Shown: piece after piece, positions 34,901 to 45,443 of the stretch
Layout of the letters: the number at the start of each line of letters is the position of its first letter
Position numbering within the stretch: the first letter of the stretch is position 1
DNA from: Monocercomonoides exilis PA203
Taxonomy: Eukaryota; Protista; Preaxostyla
Reading direction: 5' to 3'
Assembly: GCA_001643675.2 (NCBI GenBank)
Contig: LSRY02000016.1
Span: forward strand, 744,001 to 808,000
Length of the DNA: 64,000 nt
Program-made: the position numbers and the translations under genes
Notes under the pieces: generated by a model
What the model was told of the DNA's origin: nothing
The model's input: only the letters and a program-made list of their open reading frames with translations
The model's database searches: none

Positions 34901-37100
34901 ACAAATGCAGTCATCCTTCCATTGATAACTTTGTTCATTACAAATTCCAAATTAGTCATTTCAAATGATTTTGTGCACTCAATAATACCATTTTGATTTA
35001 TTTCCCCTCCATCCTTCACATCAACCTTCATCTTCTTTCCCGCTGTTACTGCTTTTCCTATCAAGCTCACATCATAAGAAAGCACTTTCATTTCACTTTG
35101 TATTGATGATTCAGTAGAAACCTCAACTGCCTGCATGTTTTCCTCAACTCGACTGGTCACACAATAATCAATGGATTGACACCCAAACTTCTCAAATCCA
35201 TAGTAAGTGTGATCCAATGCCATATCTCCTTTCCCATCAACTGTTAACTTTAATGCGATTGATCGTAAGAACACAAACAGCGGAATCACTTCATCTTCAT
35301 TCCCATCCTCGCTCCCACACAACTTTGTAACATCTGAAGGAATCACACTTGAATCAAAAAATTTGAAGGAGTAAGCATTCACTTTTGTTCCAAGCAATAT
35401 CGTTGAATCGCAACAAACTAACATATCCTTCCCATATTGTGCATCATTCAGCGATGAAGATGTCGATGAAAACTTAACATTTTCCGCAATTTCCATCTTG
35501 CAGTTCGGACTCGCCATTGTCAGCATCATTCCTCCGCCTCTTCCTTTGGTTCCTCCTCCGTTGTTCTTCGCCTCGCATGAATCGATTGTGCTAGTCCCAT
35601 TCGCAACAACACTTCCATCTCCATCCAAGCTCACGCATATCCCTCCTCCTTTTCCAATCTCTTGTGATGTCCCTTGGCAGTTGCAGTTTATCACAGTGCA
35701 CGTTTCAATCACAACAATCCCAACCTTTCGCTCTCCTCCCCCAAACTGTGTTCCAACTGCTCCTTTTATTAGCCCCCCGTCTCCATTAATCTTTCTAACG
35801 TTTGCTACGTTGCATCCTTTGAAATACACAACACTCACACCCGCCACAAACTCAACAAATGAATGCCCATCAAATGTCAAACCTTCTCTGATTTCAAATT
35901 GCTCCATTCTCGGTTTTCCTGACAACGCATTTACAAAGCTGTGTCCAATAGATTGGCCAACAATATTGTCTGGTGAATTTACTAACGAGTTGTCTGTGAT
36001 ATTGAACGATAAGGAATGTACCGAAATCATCGTCGATGCACTGGATAGAGCAAATGGAATGCTAAATTTGATATTTTTAATATAACATCTGCTTTGCACA
36101 TCGATCAAGAATTCTGCAGATTCAAAATTTTCTGGTGCTTTCACCCCAACTTCCATCCCTTTTGTCTCACATGAAATCTCCCATTCATGTCCATCTGTCA
36201 TTCCAACCTCTTCAGCAAGCTCATATCCTGAATCCAATTCGATCTTCTTGTTTGTGTCTGCATATCTCACCTGCGCTGCATGAGTGATGGTGGCACACGG
36301 ATAATAGTCAAATCCACAAAACCAAGAGTCGTATCCACCCAGCCCATCCTTCCCTTTCCCCACATGTGCTGCATCTGGATATGAATCCAAATACGCATTC
36401 AGTGGGAACAGCCCCATTGTCGTGTCACTCCGGTCATATCCCACCAGCTCATTGTATTTTTAATTGTCATGCTGGACATTCAGCGTTGAGGTTGTTATAC
36501 CCCAGTTCTCAGAATCACCCCCATTCACAAACACATTATTTCCCCCAGATTTCGCGGTGCAGCCTGTAAAGTCCACAGATACGATCAAGGAGTTAATCGA
36601 GTTATCAGCCAGATCTGGCATTATCCCGCCACCATATCCGCTGCACTTGCATCTGTTGAATTTTGTTGCTTCGTTTGCTGGAGCTGATGAAGTCCCCACC
36701 CGCAACTTGCTTGATGATTCCAACTCGACCTTGATCCCACCACCACTTCCAGCCTTGCACTTGCAATCTTAGATTGTTTCATTCTTGACCACAAACGTCT
36801 CTCCTGCCTTCACACTTTAGTGCCATAACCACCCCATCTCCTTTTGTCAACTTCACATTCATCACCTTCAAGTTCGCAATCATGCTCTCTCCAGATGCTG
36901 TGGCTGTCAGATACAATGCAGATGAAAACAATGACAGCGATGATGAAGAAGAAGGAGAAGATCGATTCAGCTCAGAGAACAATGATTTTGAAACATTCAT
37001 ATTTATGATCTTGACATCAACCATCGACAACAGTGACAGCTGCACCACAAACATTGAAGACGATATCTCATTTTCTGAAGAAACTCTCTTAGTTTTTTCA
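31918..37100 (-). pseudogene. Pseudogene of the beta-helix/Pmp-like surface receptor family (paralog of 9545-17740), truncated at both ends
   Basis: Consecutive ORF pieces (36779-37054, 36460-36723, 34837-36444, 33076-34341, 31918-33075) separated by stops and frameshifts. Motifs DSWFCGFDYYPC, DFSGCGYSEAPCSSI, IPLFVF and GRGGG match the intact gene. Confidence 0.9.
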
Positions 37101-37658
37101 ATAAGCTTTTGTTAAAAAGAGATCCACTCCAATCAAAAACTTCCTGTCAATTTATTCTTTGTTCAAGAATTCACAATGAGACGATTCTAAAATCTGTTGT
37201 TTATCTTTTTATCATTCCAGTCTCCTGTTCTGATGATTAAGGTTGTAATATGTGCATAATTCTTAGAACATCAATATTCGCGTAGAAGTTATAAATCGAA
37301 TTAAGTTGCATTCCAATAATTCATGATTATATGTGAAACATGCTGATGGCTAAATAACTCATAATTTCATAAATCGATAAAAATGAAGCTCTCCATTTTT
37401 CCAGCTATTTTGTGTGTGAGTGTGGCAAAAGGTTACTCTTTTTTTTGTATTGATTTAACTTCAAAATTTTCGTCTGTCATTATTGCTGGATATTAATTTT
37501 GATATATTCTAAACTTCAATTCCATAAAAAGAAAAGGAAAAAAAGAACAATACACACGGTAGAACATATGCAAAACACATTCTCAGAAGGTTTGATCAGT
37601 AAAAACGATCGCGTCAATGAAAAAATTTGAAATTTGAAAAATTCGTCTTCTTTAAAAT

Positions 37659-37852
37659 GGGTATGGTCATAATAATTTTTTATTTATGTGTTATCGATCA
37701 AAATTTTTGAATTTAATATTTAAAAGTTTTATACTATTGTTTTTTGAATTTTTGAGATTATACAGAGATAATAAATTATAACAATCAATAATATTGTAAA
37801 ATTTTATTAAAGACAGTGAAATTCGCAACTGGTTCAATTTAGACCTATGCCC
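37659..37852 (-). mobile_element. 194-bp mini element with GGG...CCC termini and AT TSD; shares about 165 bp with the region upstream of the 29620 transposase
   Basis: AT|GGGTATGGTC...GACCTATGCCC|AT. The reverse complement of about 37685-37849 aligns closely with 29401-29565. Confidence 0.75.
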
Positions 37853-37975
37853 ATTTTTTTTAACAACATGCTAACATTAAACTGATTGTTTCTTTGTAAA
37901 TATAATGAAATGAAAAAAATAAAAATGTGATATGAAAAACATATACATTAATAATGAAATGTTGAAAAAAAAATA
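37853..37975 (+). repeat. Diverged partial copy of the foldback arm (about 6382-6500)
   Basis: TTAACAACATGCTAACAT(T/A)AAACTGATTGTTTCTTTGTAAATATAATGAAATGAAAAAAATAAAAAT is shared. Confidence 0.85.
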
Positions 37976-38150
37976 ACACATTTATTTTCCACATTTGCCA
38001 AGAACTTAACAATGTCACAAATGTTTGATCGAAGATCTAATATTGTTGGGACCATTTGGCTGTTCTAGACATATCGAAAATAAATGTAAGTCTTTGCGAC
38101 AATTATATTTTTTGTGTTTTGTGTCGGTCGAAATATCAACTTTTGTCGAG

Positions 38151-38190
<40 letters not shown>

Positions 38191-38727
38191 CGCAAATGAA
38201 CAAAGAGTAAAATAACAGTGAATTAAATTTATCTATTTTTGGTTTTATTGTTTCTATAAAAACTTTTCGAAAATTTTCATAACAATATTATTATTAATAA
38301 ATTGATCATGTTGATATGGGATTGATCAATGTTGTTTTTTATTTCAACTATGACCTATCAATTAACAGATGTTGTTAACCGCAGTTCTCACTTATATTTG
38401 AAAGAAGTTTCAGCCATCATAGTTTGTTTTTTGTTAAATGGAGAAGTTATTTTTTAACAAATCCTTGTTTATTATTGTATCTATTTTTTGTATCATTTTG
38501 GTTTTGTCATTATTAATGTTGTTTTCAACTTTCATTATTTCTATTGATTTCAAACTATAAAAGGTGAAATTTCTGATTTGATTTACACTTGTCAACAATG
38601 AGAAAAAAATTGAAGAATCAAAGTTGATTGATTTATTTCGCAAGCTCAACTTTCCTCACGTTCTTATGATGTTATATTGAAGGAAAAAATACAGAAAAGA
38701 GCGATTGAAGAAATTTAATGGATAAAT

Positions 38728-38967
38728 GGGTAATTATTTTTGAAAAGTCGCAAATGTTTAATTTTCATAAAAATCAAAAATTTCATATCTTGATCAAATT
38801 TCGGTTCCCGCTCATGTTACTTCACAGGAATGTGTTAAATATTATTGTCAAATTATATCCTCCGCTTTGGTAAAGTTACATGAGCGGGAACCGAAATTTG
38901 ATCAAGATATGAAATTTTTGATTTTTATGAAAATTAAACATTTGCGACTTTTCAAAAATTATTACCC
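38728..38967. mobile_element. Palindromic MITE of the GGGT...TTTTTGAAAAG family
   Basis: Near-perfect arms of about 95 bp and a spacer of about 50 bp. The terminus GGGTAATTATTTTTGAAAAG and internal TTGATCA...CGGTTCCC resemble the 1146/7679 ends. Confidence 0.85.
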
Positions 38968-38999
38968 AAATAATCATTTCATGAATTTAATAATAGAAA

Positions 39000-40010
39000 T
39001 TGTTTGTGTTATTGTTCATTATCATATTTTTGTCATAATGAAATCGATTCATCTTTAAGATTTTAAAAGAGAAATGGAAAAAAGAAGAGCGTCGAAGGAA
39101 ATTGAAAAGCATTTGTTTTTTAAAATGAATAATTTTTGGATTAAATGAAAGTTATTTCCGATTTTTCTGATAGCTTGTTGGCAAAGAGCAGAAATTCAGA
39201 AGTCAAAATTTTCACGATTTAGATAATATTTCAAGCTGGTTGCATGAAAAAGCAGAAGAAAAATGAAATAATGAAATGGTGTGACTTGATTATTTTTCTC
39301 CAAGTGTCTTCTTCATTTTTCTTAATTCAAAACAAATTTTAATTTCTATCAAGAATAAATATTATCAATTGTTTCATTAAAAAGCCTAGTCAATGTTGTG
39401 CCTTTTTTAATTGAACAAGCTGGTTGTTCATTCGAGTTATTTGCAACATTCTCTTCCGGATTTAGAACATTTCAAAAGATATGGAAATGAGGTCACACAA
39501 AAAGCAAAAAGTTACAGATGAACAGATCATGATCTGAATGATTTTAAGAACGCTTCACTCGTTTGATCAGAAAATGGAATGGCCAAAGCTCAACAATTTG
39601 GATTTTCGCACAATTTTCTTTTCAGAAAATGGTTATACGCATTTTCAAGCATTCTTGTTGTTCTTTGGACTGGGATTTATCATCGATCTCTTCATTGACA
39701 ATTGTTTTTTTTTCCTCCGATATCTTACTGATGAGCGAGAGATTCACAGATTCGCCAACTCCTTATATCAGCGTTTGAGGAGGATGATGATTTCAAAAAG
39801 GAGTGTTTGATGTGGAAGGCACACGAGCTGCTGATCAACAAGAAGATGTGTGCAAAGAAGGAGTCAGTTGTGTTCCTGATTGGGATGATGCTGTGGGAGG
39901 GCCTGACTCTTTAAGCACCGTTTGGGGAGCATGAGGTGAACCTGATGGAGATAAAGATTACTACAAGAAAAAGGCAGAAAATATCAGAAACTTGTCTGAA
40001 GCTTTTTTAG
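39000..40010 (+). pseudogene. Relic of the cytoplasmic pseudokinase part of the beta-helix receptor family
   Basis: SAFEEDDDFKKECLMWKAHELLINKKMCAKKESVVFLIGMMLWEGLTL*APFGEHE aligns with LAFEDEDEFQKECLRWKAPELQINMKMGATKESVAFSIGMMLWECLTLNIPFGEFE of the 2731-aa protein. LHSFDQKMEWPKLNNL aligns with LHSFEDEEDELPSLTNL. Confidence 0.88.
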
Positions 40011-40952
40011 GTCGTTTGCAGATTTGAGATGGTGTGGTTATTTTAAAATAATGCAAAATGTTAAATGAGTTTTGTCATTTTTTAACTGCAATTAAGATAA
40101 TATTTCAACATTATCTTGCTTTCTTATTTATTTGATAATTAATTAATTAATTAATATAAAAAACAATACTCACTTCACATAAACATAATATATCTTGTGA
40201 ATTATCTTTTTAAGTGAGAGTTATCGAATAATAGAGATAAATTTCATTATTTCTTTTGAACTTATCTATATTCAATATTTTTTATTTGTTATTTCCAATA
40301 AAAATCTTTATTTAATTGCATTCACATATAAAAACAATTATTTCACAAATGTTGATTCTATAATAAACCATTGAAGCATTATTTCAAAGTTGAATCCACT
40401 TGAACTATTAAACTGGATGAACAAAAGGGTCTTTTGTTGCAAACAAACTATCTTTTGATTGGCGATATGAAAAAATACAATTACTCAGAAAATATTAGAT
40501 GAATTGTAATTAAAATCAGTTATGAAAATCGCTTTTCATTCTGAAGAATGAAAAACGTCCGAACACAATATAAAAGTTCAACAAACGTTGTTTAATGGAT
40601 TTCAGTGTATAACAAGCATCTGAAAACGGAGTTGATAAATAAATTAATGAGAGCAAACATATTTACACACTGAAATAAAGTTTTTGATTGGAAGTTTGAA
40701 AGAATATTTAACATTCCTCGTATTTGTAACTCACAATTCCACTTATTCACAATAAGATTCTTCTTTAAATGACAAATATCGAAAGTTTGTGTCAAAAACA
40801 GTTCAGAAAAATAATAATTGCAAACTTTGTTAAACAAACCTCATTGTTTGGCAAGAAATTTCATATGAATTCAAATATATTCAAAATTCTTCACTGAAAT
40901 GAAAAAAGATAGCTATAGCAGTCGAATGTTTTATTTTCAAAAATATAGACAT

Positions 40953-43936
40953 CTACAATAAAAGCAATGCGTTGAGCGTTTCTGGTGCAAGCGAGTACCT
41001 TCTATCTCCAACAATTCGTCTCAGGCCAGAGAAAATTCTTTCACAAGATGCTTCGCTGCACGGAAACATCGTCAACGAATAACAAATGTTTGCAAAAATT
41101 GTGGATATTGTTCCTTGCTTTGAAATTTCAGAATAGAAAATTTGAGTATTAGTATGTTCCACGTTTTGAGTATAATCCAGTAACATTGATGAAAATAAAG
41201 CTCTAATGCTCTCAATTTGACTAGAATCTTTCAAACAAGAAATTTTGGATAAATAATCATTGAATGCTGACTTCAATCGAAGAAACCAGTCCATGCAAAT
41301 AGATTGTTGGATTTTTGAAAGTGCTTTCTTTATGTGTTCTGTTGTCTTCGTGCAGTCTGTAATAATAAATTCATTCACACCGAGTTCTTCAACATCATTA
41401 TCATCTTTTGAAATGCTTTTTTCATTTTCTGAACATTCATCTTCTTTTTTTTGTTTGAATTTAATTGTGAATCACTTTCTTCGATATGTGAGTGTTTATT
41501 TCTTGTTTCATAAATTGATAATTCATGTTTGCTTCGTTCACAAATGTTTGATCCTTCCTCATATTCATCATCCGCCGAATCGTTTTCTGCTTGAATAATG
41601 CCTGTTTCATCAAAATCAATTTCATCAAAAATATTATCTTCATTAGTAATAACTTCTTTTTCGATAAGTGTGTTTTCTTTCAAAAGAGCTAATAAATGGA
41701 GCAAACTGTTATTTGGTGAGTTGGTTGGTGAAGTTGATGATATAGAGTGCAAATCTTTTGGAGGCGGCTGAAGTTGAACTTGCGTTTCGGTAATTGCTTC
41801 TGCTATTCTGTCTTTTTCTGGGCATATATACTGTAGAGCAGAATAAAAAGTCTCAACTGATAATGGAGAAGAGAATATTGTGTGAGGAAAATTTGTTGGA
41901 AAATTAATTCTTTCATTCTTCGAAAAAAATGAAAGCGCATATTGTTTGTCTGTAAAAAATACATTTTCGCTGGTTTTATCTTCCATTACATGAGAAAGTG
42001 TTCGTAACTTTTTCTGTTGACTCTTTGAAGATGCAGTATTTGGAACTTTAGAAGGACAAAGAAAGACCGAGTCACTTGGAATTATATCTTTTGTGGATTG
42101 AATAGATGAATCGCAACGCATCCTTTGAATTTAAGTTTGATCCAAATCCTTTGAAAACACTGATGAACATTTTATTAACATGCATTTTTCTTTCTATATC
42201 ACAAACTCTGTTGAATAAGACTTTGAAAACAAACCGTTTCTATAGTCAAGAATACCAAGTGGAGTTAAGGAATGAGCCAAAGAAATTTGATCTCCTCGTT
42301 CTTTCCCTAAAAATGAATTGAACAGTTGGATTGCAATAAAGCAAACTCCATATTGCCAATCGGGGGAAGAATATTCCTCAAGATCTTGTAACCACATGTA
42401 TTGCGCAATTGATTTAAGGATAATTGGAAACACATCTCCAAGCTTTGTGTCGTCTTTTTCAAAGAACAATTGCAGTTGTTTCAGAGGTATTAGTAATAAT
42501 TCACATCGGATCACGTCATCTATTTTGACTTTGCAGAAATAGTCTGTAAATGAGATATTGTGTATATTTTTTGTAATAAAAAAACAGATTTCAAAAAGAC
42601 ATATCCATCTTGTTTCAATGAATGAAGGGCATTTCGGAAAAAATGGATTTTTTGTGGACTCGTTTCTGGAAATTTTAGAAAATGACGTTATTTCTTCCTT
42701 TAATTGAACGAAAAATGAATTATCCTTAAATAGGCGTGCGACAATTAAATTAATCAAATGGTTGCAGCAGTAAACAAATAGAGGAGAAATTTTTTTCCGT
42801 GTTTCTATGATTGAGGTCGACTTTGTTTGATCTGTAAAGCTTTGAATTGCAAGTTTTTGTGGCAGCAAGCCATCCGCGCAAAAGCAGCAAACCTCTCCTT
42901 TCAAATCGGCTATTTCTGAAATAATTTCATTTGCAATATGAAAATAATCGGAAGTTGGAAAGCAAGCCTTTTCAATTTTCCAGAAAATTGGAGATGCCTT
43001 TGTCTGCAACGGAACAATAGTGATGACAGTGTATTTTTTTCCTGCTACAACACCTCCATCCACAATGACGCCAACCATTGAATTATAAATCTTTGTATTT
43101 CAATTGGCAATTCATTTCTCACCTTCTTCATAAATAAGTGCTGTTAGCTTACGATATGTGAGAGTAGGAAATATGGTTGTCGGTGAAAGAGTTGGATTTT
43201 GTTGGGAAGTGATAATTAAAGAAGAAATAAATTTGTTGAATTCATTGGAGAAAGCAGAAAGAAACGCAATATTGCAATGACCAATTAAATGCAAAAAATG
43301 TTCAATTAATGAATCAAATTGAAAATGAGTTGGAACTATTTTCTTTGAAGGAACTTCAGAAAATCTTGTTGAAGATGGATGAAACTTGAAATATGGCAAA
43401 ATCGAAGATGTAGTCGTCAATGCGCATCGATGATTCACAACTTTATCGCATCCTTTTCGTCCGGAAATGGCACAATTTATACCGTGTTTACTGTTTGGAC
43501 ACAAGAAATAAATGTGTCCATCTTTTTTTAATGATCCATCCATCTTGACAGGAGTATATGCCAACCAAAGCTTTCCATCGAAAGTTTCAAAGTGAATTTT
43601 ACCAATTTCTTCTCCAGTATTGTTTGGGTGCTTGTAGACTTGTTTTAAGCAGAAAAATGCAAATTAATCTTTGTGATAATTAATTTGAAACATACAATTT
43701 CCACCATTGAAAGATTTTGTTCTTATTAATTCCACGAATGTGCATTCATTGTTTTTTAATTCCTCAACTTTTCTTTCAAACGCTTCAAGCTGCAAAGATG
43801 AATAATATTTAAAAAAATAAATAATTATGCACGCTGTGATAAAATAAGATTGCCAAACAATATTTTTCGCTGACAAGCATCGTTGTAATTCCAATGGCAA
43901 TTCTTTTATTAAATCATTTTTCGTCATTTCACTCAT
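40953..43936 (-). pseudogene. hAT transposase pseudogene (intron-containing, with stops and frameshifts)
   Basis: VIVDGG (first D), FCADG (second D), CCNHLINL (CxxH), ETRW, and the dimerisation domain PCSEASCERIFSGLRRIVGDRRYSL. Two in-frame TGA near 43100-43114 and further disruptions near 42190 and 41377. Confidence 0.9.
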
Positions 43937-44399
43937 TATTCAAATGATCTCGACAAACCGACTGATCTCAACAGACAGACTGATCTAGACATGATCAAGT
44001 CGAAAAGATCTGTCGATTTGACAACAAAAAAATTCTTTTTGCATTTTCATGTTTTATTATTCATTTTTATAATTCTCAAAATAAATTGAGAAAAAAAAAT
44101 ATTAGAAATTAAATGTTATCCAATTTTTAAAATTTTTCTAATGGAAAAGTCTTAAAAGTGTTTTTAACGTCCATGTCGGTCGGATTGTCGTTTCCGTTTG
44201 ACAAAGTCAGTATGTCGCAAAGGCTTGCCTGAGCTATTCTTCACTCTGTCGAGCCTGCCAATAAACATTGAATTTAAAAAAAAATATCATTAAAATTATT
44301 CAACTTTCATTGTTTTTCTTTTCAATTAGTTAAAATCTGTTTTCAATCTCTTTTTTCACATTCTTCCGAATTTTCCTTTTTTCACAATATAAATATCAT

Positions 44400-44621
44400 T
44401 CAAATGATATTCTTTTCTTTTGAAAATCTTTCTAATTCTTTAATCTTCCACCATTTTTTCTTTATACATCATTTTATCCATTTCTTTTTCATCAAAGGTG
44501 CTAAGAGCAGCCGAACAAAGTTTACCATCATTATTTGAGAAATGCAAATAATTATTCATTCCATTGAGAGTTAGCTTTCCCCATATAGTATTTTCCATCT
44601 GTGTGTGTCAGAAATTTTTAA

Positions 44622-44658
<37 letters not shown>

Positions 44659-45090
44659 AATTAATTAAATAAAAAATTTAGTTAAATACTTTAAAAAGAA
44701 ATGTTCCGTTTTACATTTTGTTTCAATTGCTTTTGTTAATTGCGAAGAAGAAGAAGCCGACGCTGATGAAGAAGAAGCTGATTCAAAAGAAGAAATATCA
44801 CTTTCAGACAAAAAAATAGTTGAATTGTCGGAATCGATATTAAATAAATAAGTGTGAAAATAACAACAATAAAAATCAATTAAATCATAAATAGTGTTAA
44901 TTTCTTTGTTTCTTAAATAATGATTTAAAATGTTTGTTAACAATCCAAACTCACTGTCAAAGTCGTTTTTACCGTGATGTTCAGAAAAAACGACAATGAA
45001 CAGTGTTTGTTTTTAAACAAAATTGAATTTGGAGCAAACAATGAATTCAAAAAATGCGAATTACGGAAATGTGGACCGTTATCGTAAAAA
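44400..45090 (-). pseudogene. Sola2-like DDD transposase relic
   Basis: YDNGPHFRN...SLSFF, then a 1-nt frameshift, then EHHGKNDFDSEFGLL, matching the D-x-G-x-HF ... HGK-x3-D-x2-FG signature. A probable intron containing (TTTA)n lies at about 44690-44600. Confidence 0.55.
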
Positions 45091-45117
45091 ATAAAATAAA
45101 ATAAAATAAATAAATGA

Positions 45118-45158
<41 letters not shown>

Positions 45159-45443
45159 AGAGAGAGAGAGAGAAAGCAGTAAATTATGTAACCTAAGTTT
45201 GGTAAAACCGAAATTATGATCCACTCACATGTTGACTTATCTTACTGGGAAAAAAAAATTTAAATACACTTTAAAACATATAGAACTTTTTCAAAACAAT
45301 ATCAATAAAAATATATAACAATAAGAATTTGATTTCAAAAGAAATATTTTTCTTAAAACTAACTTGTGAAGTCAGCGGAACATTAAGCGTGCTCTAGCGC
45401 ACGTGCAATAATAATTGAACAATCACGATTAAAGAAATAATTT

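Larger units (their letters stand above)
38087..44227 (-). mobile_element. hAT element (decayed autonomous type); the boundaries are family TIRs but no TSD match
   Basis: TAAGTCTTTGCGACAA at 38087 and TGTCGCAAAGGCTTG ending at 44227. Subterminal GATCAGTCGG-type repeats (43945-44020) and the GTGTCGGTCGAAA...TGTCGAG-polyT pattern match the two ends of 56942-62051. The flanks AATAAATG and CCTGAGCT do not match. Confidence 0.6.

Noticed and set aside
29401-37849. Inverted copies of about 165 bp as TIRs of one 8.4-kb composite element
   Set aside because: There is no flanking duplication, and the right copy has its own two termini and AT flanks (37659-37852), so it is better explained as an independent mini element.
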